NCBI GenBank assembly: GCA_965262715.1
Contig: OZ253553.1
Coordinates: forward strand, 1,344,001 to 1,408,000
Direction: 5' to 3'
Source of the DNA: Bdellovibrionales bacterium
GTDB lineage: Bacteria > Bdellovibrionota > Bdellovibrionia > Bdellovibrionales > JAUICD01
Length of the DNA stretch: 64,000 nt
Of this stretch, positions 52,337 to 62,360 are shown in pieces. Numbering within the stretch: the stretch's first letter is position 1; each line of letters starts with the position of its first letter. The notes under the pieces are model-generated. The model did not search any database, was not told where the DNA came from, and saw only the letters and a program-made list of their open reading frames with translations. The position numbers were made by a program, and so were the translations under genes.

Positions 52337-53467
52337 ATGAAAAAAGACGGGACAAAGAAGACTTCTCTGGATACGAAAGACGAGATCAAGGATGGAAGCG
52401 TAGAGAGCCAACCTCTCCAGAATGGAGAGAAGAAAAAGCAAAATGGGAGCAAAACTCAAAGCTCTCAAAATGAAAAAGATAAAGCAATATATGATCCTGA
52501 CAAAGAAACTTCTCAAGAAGTTTTAGTCAATACTTCTTTTGACAAATTCCATGAAATAATTCTAAAATATATTGTTTTTAACAAAGCAAAAGATTTTAAT
52601 ACCTTTAAAAGAAAGATGGAAGAATTGTTGACAGCTTATGCTAATAAGCTTTGCAGTGAAGACTTTAAAGATTATCATATATTGTTTTTATGGTCAATTG
52701 ACCCTATATCTGATTTTCACCTATATTCTATTTATAGATATCTTAAAGCTAGTTCAATAAATAATAAAAATATTCTTTTGATTATTAAAAGCGATGGAGG
52801 AAATATAGAACCTGCGTTTAAAATTAGTAAGCTTTGTAATAAATATAAAAAAGATAAATTTGTTGTAGCTATACCTCACAGGGCAAAATCAGCAGCAACC
52901 TTAGTTGCTATAGGAGCAGATGAAATTCACTTTGGAAGCTTAGGAGAACTAGGCCCCATTGATCCCCAAATATTGATTGATCGATATAATTCCGTTCCAG
53001 CTCTTGGATTCCGCGATGCTTTTACAGCTTTGGCAGAGATTGTAACAAAATATCCCAAATCTGTTGATTTATTTTCAAATTTTTTAAACAGTAAAATATC
53101 ATTAGAACATTTTGGGCTGTTTACAAGACTTCCACAGTCAGCTATTCAATACGCACAAATATTGCTCTCAATTAATCACTCAAATAATATTGATGCGAAG
53201 CAAATTGAAGATATAGCAACACGTTTTGTTAAAACTTACAAAGATCATAATTTTGTGATTGATGCTAAAGAAGCTCAAAACGTCTTTGGAAAAGAGATTG
53301 CAAAGAGTTTAATTAAAGATGAGTCTTCCTTTATAAATAAGCTCGATGACTTTTATTACCATTTATTAGGATTTGAAAAGTTTTGTAATAACCTATGGAC
53401 AAGGTCTGATCGAAAATCTAGGTTTCACTTTGAATTTATTGGTAAGCCTCAATGTGAAATTATATAG
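52337..53467 (+). CDS. SDH/DUF114 family ClpP-fold serine protease
   Basis: SDGG, AKSAATLVAIGADEI and LGPIDPQ motifs, with a downstream His. Confidence 0.82.
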   Translation: MKKDGTKKTSLDTKDEIKDGSVESQPLQNGEKKKQNGSKTQSSQNEKDKAIYDPDKETSQEVLVNTSFDKFHEIILKYIVFNKAKDFNTFKRKMEELLTAYANKLCSEDFKDYHILFLWSIDPISDFHLYSIYRYLKASSINNKNILLIIKSDGGNIEPAFKISKLCNKYKKDKFVVAIPHRAKSAATLVAIGADEIHFGSLGELGPIDPQILIDRYNSVPALGFRDAFTALAEIVTKYPKSVDLFSNFLNSKISLEHFGLFTRLPQSAIQYAQILLSINHSNNIDAKQIEDIATRFVKTYKDHNFVIDAKEAQNVFGKEIAKSLIKDESSFINKLDDFYYHLLGFEKFCNNLWTRSDRKSRFHFEFIGKPQCEII

Positions 53468-53700
53468 GTGTTTCTCTTAAAAGTCCTTTTAAAATTCTAT
53501 CACTTTTATTATAGATTTTAATGAGCCATACTTTTTTAGAGTCATAAAATAAACTAGTAGCTTATGTTATCCTTTAATCAAACTCTTTAATTTTTTATCT
53601 AAAAGCTTTTCTATATCAATATGAACCAATCATCTTTAGATTGTATTTTAGACCTATTTTACCGATATAGAATAAATATGAATCTTAAAGGATTGTTACA

Positions 53701-56010
53701 ATGAATGAAGAAGAGACTAGAGCAGAATTCATCGATCCTCAGCTTAAAGAAAATGGTTGGGGAGTAGTTGAAAGTTCACGGATTCGTCGTAATTACCCTA
53801 TAGCTAGGGGTAAACTTGAGGTTGGAGGAAAACGCTCAAAACCTCTTGAGGCAGATTATGTCTTAGTTTTTCACGGTCGTAATTTGGCCGTTATTGAAGC
53901 CAAAAAAATCAGTTTAAAAGTGGGTGAAGGAGTAGGACAAGCTAAAAATTATGCTCAACTGCTTGAAGTTGAAACAACCTTTTCTACAAATGGGAAAAAA
54001 ATTTATCAGATGTGTATGAAGTCTGGTAAAGAAAAGCTTATTGATAGATTTCCTACGCCTGAAGAACTTTGGACAAAAACTTATACAGACAAAAATACAT
54101 GGCAAGATAAATTCAATGTCATTTCTTATGCAGGTCATTATGAACATAGATTTTATCAAGAAGTTGCCATCAATAAGGTTTTGGATGCTGTTGCTAAAAA
54201 GAAATCACGTATACTGCTTACAATGGCTACAGGTACAGGTAAAACACAAGTCGCACTCCAAGTTGCATGGAAATTGTTTCAAGCACGCTGGAACTTGCAG
54301 CGTAATGGTCAAAGAAGACCTCGGATTTTATTTCTTGCAGATAGAAATATACTAGCAAACCAAGCCTTTAATGTTTTTTCTGTTTTTCCTGAAGATGCTC
54401 TTGTTCGAATTAAGCCTGATGAAATTAGAAGAAAAGGTGGTGTTCCTACAAATGGCAGTGTTTTTTTTACCATTTTTCAAACTTTTATGAGTGGTCCAGA
54501 AGGCAAGTCTTATTTTGGACACTACCCTCCTGATTATTTTGACTTCATAATAGTGGATGAATGTCATAGAGGTGGAGCCAATGACGAAAGTGCTTGGCGA
54601 GGAATTCTTGAATATTTTTCTCCTGCTGTCCAACTTGGATTAACAGCCACTCCTAAATACGAAGAAAATGCAAATACTTATAGTTATTTTGGACAACCTG
54701 TTTACACCTATTCTCTTAAAGACGGTATAAATCATGGCTTTCTTACTCCCTTTAAAGTGAAACGAATACAAACCACTATAGATGATTATATTTACACTCC
54801 AGATGACCATATCCTTGAAGGAGAAGTCGAGCATGGTAGGCGTTATGAAGAAGATGATTTCAATAGGATCATTGAGATTAAAGAAAGGGAGTCTAAACGA
54901 GTTGAAATTATACTTAAATATTTAAACCCATCTGAAAAGACCATTGTATTTTGCGCAAATCAAGCTCATGCAGCAGCAATTAGAGATCTTATTAATCAAC
55001 AAAAAACAAGCTCTGACCCAAATTATTGTGTCCGTGTAACAGCTAATGACGGTAAAGTTGGAGAACAACATCTTGAGCATTTTCGAGATAATGAGAAGAT
55101 GCTTCCAGTAATACTCACCACATCACATAAACTTTCAACAGGAGTTGATGCTCGCAATGTGAGAAACATTGTGTTGTTACGCCCTATAAAATCTATGATC
55201 GAGTTTAAGCAAATTATTGGACGCGGAACACGGCTTTTTGAAGGTAAAGATTTTTTTACCATTTTCGATTTTGTAGATGCTTGTAACCATTTTTCAGATC
55301 CTCAGTGGGATGGACAGCCTATGGAAGATATAGAAGAAAAAGATGATTCCAAATCGTCCAAACCAAAATCACCTAAAGAACTCGATAATTTAAGTAATCT
55401 CGAATCATTAAAACCTCGACAAAAACTAAAAATTAAGTTAAGTGATGGTAAAAATCGAGAGATTCAATATATGGTACAAACTTCTTTTTGGAGTACAGAT
55501 GGAAAACCCATTTCAGCAGAAGAATTTTTAAAGAAGCTATATGGCACACTTCCAGATTTTTTTCAATCGGAAAACCAGTTACATGAAATTTGGTCACATC
55601 CTACAACTCGCAAAGGATTACTTGATAGATTAGATCAAGCTGGATTTGGAAAAGATGACCTTAAAAATCTTAGAAAACTCATTGATGCGGAAAAAAGTGA
55701 CCTATTTGATATTTTGAAATACATCTCCTTTGCTACTCAACCTATTACAAGAGAGAAAAGAGTGATATATGCTAAGCCTAAGATCTTTACCCTTTTGAAT
55801 AAAAAACAAAAAGAGTTCTTAGATTTTGTATTATCTCAATATGTTCAATCAGGAGTAGAAGAATTATCAGAGGAAAAGCTACCTCATTTACTGGAACTCA
55901 AATATAAGACATTACATGATGCTAGAGAAGAGCTTGGCGATGTTCAGGAAATAAAAGCTGTCTTTATAGATTTCCAAAAACATTTATATCATCAACAAAT
56001 AGCCACTTAG
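53701..56010 (+). CDS. hsdR: Type I restriction endonuclease subunit R (EcoAI-like)
   Basis: ADYVL...IEAK nuclease motif, MATGTGKT, DECHRG, GLTATP, QIIGRGTR. Confidence 0.95.
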   Translation: MNEEETRAEFIDPQLKENGWGVVESSRIRRNYPIARGKLEVGGKRSKPLEADYVLVFHGRNLAVIEAKKISLKVGEGVGQAKNYAQLLEVETTFSTNGKKIYQMCMKSGKEKLIDRFPTPEELWTKTYTDKNTWQDKFNVISYAGHYEHRFYQEVAINKVLDAVAKKKSRILLTMATGTGKTQVALQVAWKLFQARWNLQRNGQRRPRILFLADRNILANQAFNVFSVFPEDALVRIKPDEIRRKGGVPTNGSVFFTIFQTFMSGPEGKSYFGHYPPDYFDFIIVDECHRGGANDESAWRGILEYFSPAVQLGLTATPKYEENANTYSYFGQPVYTYSLKDGINHGFLTPFKVKRIQTTIDDYIYTPDDHILEGEVEHGRRYEEDDFNRIIEIKERESKRVEIILKYLNPSEKTIVFCANQAHAAAIRDLINQQKTSSDPNYCVRVTANDGKVGEQHLEHFRDNEKMLPVILTTSHKLSTGVDARNVRNIVLLRPIKSMIEFKQIIGRGTRLFEGKDFFTIFDFVDACNHFSDPQWDGQPMEDIEEKDDSKSSKPKSPKELDNLSNLESLKPRQKLKIKLSDGKNREIQYMVQTSFWSTDGKPISAEEFLKKLYGTLPDFFQSENQLHEIWSHPTTRKGLLDRLDQAGFGKDDLKNLRKLIDAEKSDLFDILKYISFATQPITREKRVIYAKPKIFTLLNKKQKEFLDFVLSQYVQSGVEELSEEKLPHLLELKYKTLHDAREELGDVQEIKAVFIDFQKHLYHQQIAT

Positions 56011-56056
56011 CTTTTTATGATGCTCTTTCCGGTAACAATTTTTATCATCTAAAACA

Positions 56057-56081
56057 GTTGTTAAGGATTCCTTAACAACTA
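56057..56081. terminator. Hairpin between convergent hsdR and ruvC
   Basis: agttgttaagg-att-ccttaacaact perfect inverted repeat. Confidence 0.45.
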
Positions 56082-56238
56082 ATTTCATCTTCAAAGAAGA
56101 CTCATCAAATTCTCGCATATATGAGGTTTTTTATTGCATATTGGCTGGAATGGTGAACATCGATAACACTTTGTATTATCATTGCCTATCTACCATATCC
56201 CGGAAAAAAGAATGCTTAAGTAGTTATGAACCTTATGT

Positions 56239-56784
56239 TTAATGAGTCTCTAGTTGAAAAGTATTGGATCTTCCATAATAAAAGGCCATAGCAAGCGCAT
56301 CTGTTGCATCTAATTCTGAAATGTCAAGTGGCACATCAATTGGTTTTTCATTTATGTAATGATTTTTATCTTTAAGAAGATGCAATATAAGATGATGGAT
56401 GTGTGTCTTAGATGCTCTTCCATTTCCTGAAATACCTTTTTTAATAACACAGGGGGCAAATTCCTTAATCTTAATATTATGTCTTGCTAGTAAATAAAGG
56501 AGCATTCCTTTTGCCTCACCTAAAGCAATGGCTGTTCTTTGGTTACTTCCAACAAAAGATTTCTCTAAGACAGCAACATCAGGCTTGAATTTCAACAAAA
56601 GTTTTTCAAATTTCTGCCCTATTGTGTGAAGACGCTCAGATACATTATCTTTAGGACGAGCTTTAAATGCTCCATGATCTAAGTAAAGGATATCACCTAA
56701 CTGAACATCAATAACACCATAACCTGAAATATGGGTCCCAGGATCAATACCAATAATTCTGATAACCCCTCCTTGATCAGACAA
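56239..56784 (-). CDS. ruvC: Holliday junction resolvase RuvC
   Basis: IIGIDPG, LGEAKG, GNGRASK, DATDALAMA. Confidence 0.95.
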   Translation of the reverse strand: MSDQGGVIRIIGIDPGTHISGYGVIDVQLGDILYLDHGAFKARPKDNVSERLHTIGQKFEKLLLKFKPDVAVLEKSFVGSNQRTAIALGEAKGMLLYLLARHNIKIKEFAPCVIKKGISGNGRASKTHIHHLILHLLKDKNHYINEKPIDVPLDISELDATDALAMAFYYGRSNTFQLETH

Positions 56785-56895
56785 TTAACTGATACTTTTT
56801 TTCTTTTATTAGGATAAGTACTTGTATACCTTTTATCAAATCATAAATGCATCATTTTACACAAAACCCTAAATTATAAGACAAATGTTATAGTG

Positions 56896-57897
56896 TTATG
56901 ATGAAATAGGTTTTTGAAAAGGAATCTCTTTGATCCATTTTTGAGAAATAGCGGCAAACCCTAACATCTTATAGAGAATTCTCATTGCAACATTCCCATT
57001 CCATTGTTTATTATTCACATCATCTCCTATTTCCACGAGGTCTATTCCAACAATTCTCCTGGAAGATGCTACATGTTTGAGTAAAGTGACTAATTGATCA
57101 AAGTCTAAGCCTCCAGGAACAGGAGTTCCTGTATCTGGACAAAGTAAAGGAGATAGTCCATCAATGTCTAATGAGATGTGCACATTTTGAGGAAGACAAG
57201 ATACGATCTCTTGACAAAGATCATTCCATGTTTTTCCTTCATGTAGACAGCTCTTTAAATACCTATCATAAAAAGTAAAGATTTTACCTCTAAGACTTTG
57301 AGCAAAAGATTGCTCCTCTTGGCAAAAGTCACGAATGCCTACTTGTACAAGACTTTTAGGAGCAAACTTGCTTGTTAATAAGCTATAAAAAACAGAAGCA
57401 TGAGAATATGTATATCCTTCAAAGGCCTGCCTTAAATCCTTATGAGCATCAATCTGCAAAACACCATACTCTCCTTTTATCTTTTGAGCTACAGCTTGAA
57501 AACCACTTAGCGCAATAGAATGCTCCCCTCCTAAAAGTACAACTATATTATCTTTAGAAGATACCTGGTTATATTTATTAAAAATCCATGAATTGACTTT
57601 TTCAGATAGATCATTAATTTTCTGTCTGCGCTTTTTAATATCCATATCCTTTGCTTGAAGTGCCTCTCGATTCCATTTAATTAAATCTGAATTATTTGAC
57701 TCAAGATAAATGCCTAAATGTTCGAGTGAACCAAACTCCACATCCCATAAATCAATTTGACTGCTAGCTTCAAATAAAGACTGAGGGCCACAGGATGTAC
57801 CTGTATTGTATGAAACTGTACCTTCCCAGGGTATAGGCACAATAATAAATCGAGGGTTTTGTTTTTCTTTCAAACCAAAAAGAGGTAAATAAGACAC
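56896..57897 (-). CDS. speB: Agmatinase / ureohydrolase family protein
   Basis: GGEHS, IDAHKD, SHAS, SLDIDGL, GTPVPGG. Confidence 0.85.
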   Translation of the reverse strand: MSYLPLFGLKEKQNPRFIIVPIPWEGTVSYNTGTSCGPQSLFEASSQIDLWDVEFGSLEHLGIYLESNNSDLIKWNREALQAKDMDIKKRRQKINDLSEKVNSWIFNKYNQVSSKDNIVVLLGGEHSIALSGFQAVAQKIKGEYGVLQIDAHKDLRQAFEGYTYSHASVFYSLLTSKFAPKSLVQVGIRDFCQEEQSFAQSLRGKIFTFYDRYLKSCLHEGKTWNDLCQEIVSCLPQNVHISLDIDGLSPLLCPDTGTPVPGGLDFDQLVTLLKHVASSRRIVGIDLVEIGDDVNNKQWNGNVAMRILYKMLGFAAISQKWIKEIPFQKPISS

Positions 57898-57910
57898 AAT
57901 TTAAGTTAAA

Positions 57911-58513
57911 CTATAGAAAGTAATAATAGGCAATAATGATAACCAATATAACTCCTAAAATCAATGTAACCCTCTCAAAATGCCTTTCAATATAAACTCT
58001 AATTTTTTCTCCAAAAATAAAAAAGAGTAAGCCTAATGTATAATATCGCATACTACGTCCTATGATAGCTCCTAAAAGAAAAGGAATAAGAGGTGCCTGT
58101 AATACCCCTCCCATTACAGTAAAAACCTTAAATGGAATAGGAGTGAAAGCTGCTAGTAAAATAGCTGTAAATGTATTTTTTTGAAATAAAGCTTGTACAG
58201 TTTCAAACTGCTGCTCAGTTGCAATATATGCAAAGAAATAATCTTGAAAAGCAGACCAAAACATAAAACCTAATAAATAACCAAAAAGACCTCCTAAAAC
58301 AGAAAAGAATGTACATAGATGAGCATAAAACAAAGCTTTTTTAGGTTGATTAGCTCCCATAGCTATTAAGAAAATATCAGGTGGAATTAAAAAAAAACTA
58401 GATTCAGTGAAAGCCACTGTACAAAGAATAGGAGTAGCAAATTTTGTATCTGTAAAACTTAACAGCCAATTAGAAAATTGCCGCATTTTTTTGAAAAAAT
58501 CATTAAGTCTCAT
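57911..58513 (-). CDS. DedA/YqaA family membrane protein
   Basis: AFTESSFFLIPPD and FTPIPFKVF. Confidence 0.88.
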   Translation of the reverse strand: MRLNDFFKKMRQFSNWLLSFTDTKFATPILCTVAFTESSFFLIPPDIFLIAMGANQPKKALFYAHLCTFFSVLGGLFGYLLGFMFWSAFQDYFFAYIATEQQFETVQALFQKNTFTAILLAAFTPIPFKVFTVMGGVLQAPLIPFLLGAIIGRSMRYYTLGLLFFIFGEKIRVYIERHFERVTLILGVILVIIIAYYYFL

Positions 58514-58597
58514 AAGTATTTACACTATATGGAAAGCTGTCATCGGTTAAGCTTTTTCTAAAACTATTGTCAATTTTCTAATGTTCAAACCCATTGA

Positions 58598-59356
58598 TCA
58601 AGAAAAATCCTCAGGCAAATAAGTAAAATAAATATAATCTAAAAGACCATATTGCTCTAAAAATACAACATTTTTAGTTTTATCAAATTTTTTTGTCTTA
58701 ATTTTTTTAAGCCATGCTGATTTCTGATAAGCCAAACAACTTAAGTGAGAAAAACTTGAAGTCTTTTGAGTTTGTCTTCTACAAAGTGCTTGAAATTCCT
58801 TTATTTTTTTTAATTCAAGCTCGCACCCAACATGAATAAATGAAAGAATAGAAAGAGATAGGTCAGATTCTAAAAACTTGATAAGGCTTTGACCCTCTAA
58901 ATGGAAAACATCCTCTGGATTTCCAATAATTAAGGTTTTTTGAAATGACGCTTGTTGCTTTCTTAAAAAATCTAAAACCACTTGGTAATTTTTATCACTT
59001 AAGTATTCTATCTTTAAATCGGAAAAGGATGTATCCCTTATTTTTTTTTCCCACTCTGATTTCAGATGATTTAAAATAAGAACTGTATGAAAGGAATGTC
59101 CATATTTTTTACTTGTATGAAGCAATCCTAAAATAACATCTAAATTGATAGAGTCATTAACGCCAAAAGCCACAAAATTAAAAAGATGAATATCTTTATA
59201 TAGTTGTCTATAAATTGTTTGACCAACCACATTCGGCTCAGAAAAGTTAGAAGGTTTAATAATAGGCTTCGGCTTTGGATTAAGACCAAATTTAACAATC
59301 AAAGCCACTAAACAAATAACAACAATAGCCAAAAAAGAAAAATACCATTTTATCAT
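58598..59356 (-). CDS. Hypothetical protein with N-terminal membrane anchor
   Basis: 252-aa ORF, hydrophobic N-terminus, co-oriented with its neighbours. Confidence 0.65.
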   Translation of the reverse strand: MIKWYFSFLAIVVICLVALIVKFGLNPKPKPIIKPSNFSEPNVVGQTIYRQLYKDIHLFNFVAFGVNDSINLDVILGLLHTSKKYGHSFHTVLILNHLKSEWEKKIRDTSFSDLKIEYLSDKNYQVVLDFLRKQQASFQKTLIIGNPEDVFHLEGQSLIKFLESDLSLSILSFIHVGCELELKKIKEFQALCRRQTQKTSSFSHLSCLAYQKSAWLKKIKTKKFDKTKNVVFLEQYGLLDYIYFTYLPEDFS

Positions 59357-59389
59357 CAGAAATTTATGCCTTTCTTTATAGATATCAAC

Positions 59390-59680
59390 TAGAACTCATC
59401 TCAAAATTAATTCTAATGTCCACGTTTTCAAAACAACCTGTTTCACTAAAAATGAATCAGCCTCTCGAGGCGGGCCTCTTGAGGCGAGCCTCCTGAGGTG
59501 AGCCTCTGGCTGTTTTTGGACAATCAGCTTGAAGGTTTGCACCTTCAAAAAATGCTGATTGCCTCAAAAAACCATTCATTTTTAGTAGACAAGATACCTC
59601 TCATTTCTTAACACAATGTTAAGGAGATCATTTTATTAATTTAAATACCACATAAAAGAACTATTTCCACTCAAATTGAG
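59390..59680 (+). repeat. PE1 composite copy (3 x 14-bp units)
   Basis: Begins tagaactcatctcaaaatta; similar to 40100-40298 and to the reverse complement of 38420-38671. Confidence 0.85.
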
Positions 59681-59696
59681 CTGGACCTTCATTATC

Positions 59697-60524
59697 TTAA
59701 AACATAAGACCATTAAAATCATCATAACCACACCTAAGCATTTGCGTAATTTCTTCTTTCCATTGTTGAGATACAGATGATGCTCCATTCAAATATGTTA
59801 AGGCTGTACGACCAAAATTGTCCTCCTCAGTATAAGGATCATCATCATCAATAAGAATAAATCTTTCTCTACCTTGAAATATATGCAATCTTCTCTTCTC
59901 TCCTGGATCATCATCATTAAAAAGAATAAATCTTTCTCTACCTCCAGACAACTCACAATAAAACTCCCACAATAAGGAACCCACTAGTCTCCGATAACCA
60001 TGTCCAGCGGCATGCATTAAAGCTGTTCGACCCAAATCATCCACAGCATTATCAGCTCCCTTCCATATCAAAAAATCTATTATCCAAGTACCATTATTAG
60101 AATATCCATCGCTTTTTCCTGCAGCATACATAAGAGGAGTTTGGCCTAGATAGTTTCTAGCATTGACATCCGCTCCTGCATTCACTAACTCTGATACAGC
60201 AAATCTATTACCAACGTCAATGGCATACATTAAAGCTGTTTGACCAAGACTGTCTGTGGCATTTACATCAAGATATTTATTTCTTAATAAATAGTTAAGC
60301 TCATGACTAGGATAAAAGATATCGTTCACAATGTGCATCAATAAAGTTACATCACTTGCATCATTTCTAAAAGTTATTGGACGCAAATCATGACCATTTC
60401 CACTATATAACTCATCCGGTAACTCATAATCATCTTGACGATTAGAACTATAAGCAAAATCTGCAATCCAAACAACCCCCATAAAAAATAATATTATCAA
60501 TAAATTGAATTTAAAATTCATCAT
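59697..60524 (-). CDS. Secreted ankyrin-repeat protein
   Basis: Signal peptide; GQTALMYA, GQTPLMYA and GRTALMHA repeats; AGGAGG RBS. Confidence 0.85.
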   Translation of the reverse strand: MMNFKFNLLIILFFMGVVWIADFAYSSNRQDDYELPDELYSGNGHDLRPITFRNDASDVTLLMHIVNDIFYPSHELNYLLRNKYLDVNATDSLGQTALMYAIDVGNRFAVSELVNAGADVNARNYLGQTPLMYAAGKSDGYSNNGTWIIDFLIWKGADNAVDDLGRTALMHAAGHGYRRLVGSLLWEFYCELSGGRERFILFNDDDPGEKRRLHIFQGRERFILIDDDDPYTEEDNFGRTALTYLNGASSVSQQWKEEITQMLRCGYDDFNGLMF

Positions 60525-61140
60525 AGAATCCTCCTAAGTTTAAATTGAATCTTTACTTCACTCATATCTAGCCTTAGGTTATTCTTGGCTTTTACTGGTT
60601 GGTCAATAAAAATTTATTATTTTGTAAACTTCGCAAGACTTATGTAGGAACTTAACCTTCTGCACAATTAATACATTGCAACAAATTTTATTATCTTTGA
60701 CAAAATACCAAATGACTTATAACTTAGGTGTTTTATACTAAGTAAAAGTTGAAATCAAAATTGTTTAAAATCTGGCATTCTCCTAACTTGGTTTGTATTT
60801 AGAAGCGGTCTTAAAAATCCTGTTTGCCTTATAAACAAAGCAGTATCCAGATAAAGTTTAAGCATTTTGACATAATTTATATAAATAAGCTCCTAATTTA
60901 TCAGTCTGTCTTACTAATTCGAGATGACCGATCATATCTAATATAGTCTGCACTTCTGCCTCACTCAAAATAAACCAGCTTCTCGAGGTGAGCATCTTCC
61001 AAATACACCTATTGACAATTCTAAAAATAAGATTTTTTATTTTTGAGGAGTAAAGATTAAGTCAATAAAAACAATTGACTATTCTATTTAAGTAAACCAA
61101 GATAGTAATCTAAATTAAAAGAATCTAAAGAGGTAAAAGA

Positions 61141-62304
61141 TTGTCAGATACCACAAAAGCAAGACCTGCTTTAACTCATTTGTCTAAAGACGAATTATCG
61201 TTTAAATCTGCTATAAAAGAATTCGCAAAAGAAGAGATCAAACCTCTTGTCAATCAAATGGACAGTAACTCTTCGATGGATCCTGAATTAATCTCCAAAC
61301 TTTTTGATATGGGGATTATGGGAATTGAAACACCAGAAAAGTTTGGAGGGCTAGAAAGTTCCTTTACTATGGCTTGCCTAGCCGTAGAGGAACTTGCCTG
61401 TGTGGATGGATCAGTTAGCGTACTTGTTGATGTGCAAAATACTTTAGTGACAAATGCTATTCTTTGTTGGGCAAATGAAACTCAAAAATCAAAATATCTA
61501 CCACTTCTATCTTCTAAATGGGTAGGAGCTTATGCTCTCTCTGAAAGCTCTAGCGGTTCAGATGCTTTTGCTCTCAAATTAAGGGCAGAGGAAAAAAGTG
61601 ATCATTATTTATTAAGTGGCCATAAGTTATGGATCACAAATGCAAAAGAAGCCCAACTCTTTTTAGTATTTGCCAATGTTGATCCCTCTTTGGGATACAA
61701 GGGCATTACAGCCTTTTTAGTCGAAAGAGACTATGAAGGTTTTTCTGTTGGAAAAAAAGAAGATAAGTTAGGTATACGAGCAAGCTCTACTTGTGAGATC
61801 ACCTTTGATCAATGTAGAGTGCCTAAGGAAAATGTTTTAGGAGAAGTGGGAAAAGGCTATAAGGTTGCTATTAACACTCTCAATGAAGGGCGTATTGGTA
61901 TAGGAGCGCAAATGATAGGTATTGCTCAAGGGGCTTTTGATGCGACTAAGCAATATATTCTTTCCCGTGAACAATTTGGAAATCCTCTTTCTAGTTTTCA
62001 AGCTGTACAGTTTCAACTGGCAGAGATGCGCATGCTTTTAGAATCAGCAAGATTGATGGTTTACAATGCGGCTCGTCTCAAAGATGCAGGCCTGAGCTTT
62101 ACAAAAGAAGCTGCAATGGCTAAGCTCCTTTCTTCTCGTATAAGTGAAAAGATTTGTTCTATGGGAGTAGATCTTTTTGGTGGCAATGGTTTTACAAAAG
62201 AATACCCTATAGAAAAATACTATAGAGATGCTAAAATAGGTCAAATTTATGAAGGAACAAGTAATATGCAATTGCAAACTATTGCTAAACTGGAATTATC
62301 ATGA
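61141..62304 (+). CDS. Acyl-CoA dehydrogenase (short/branched-chain-like)
   Basis: YALSESSSGSD, KLWITN, KLGIRAS, QIYEGTSNMQ. Confidence 0.92.
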   Translation: MSDTTKARPALTHLSKDELSFKSAIKEFAKEEIKPLVNQMDSNSSMDPELISKLFDMGIMGIETPEKFGGLESSFTMACLAVEELACVDGSVSVLVDVQNTLVTNAILCWANETQKSKYLPLLSSKWVGAYALSESSSGSDAFALKLRAEEKSDHYLLSGHKLWITNAKEAQLFLVFANVDPSLGYKGITAFLVERDYEGFSVGKKEDKLGIRASSTCEITFDQCRVPKENVLGEVGKGYKVAINTLNEGRIGIGAQMIGIAQGAFDATKQYILSREQFGNPLSSFQAVQFQLAEMRMLLESARLMVYNAARLKDAGLSFTKEAAMAKLLSSRISEKICSMGVDLFGGNGFTKEYPIEKYYRDAKIGQIYEGTSNMQLQTIAKLELS

Positions 62305-62360
62305 ACTTTAAAATAGATAACAATAACCATCGTCAGTAAGTAAAGATTTATGAATTTCAA

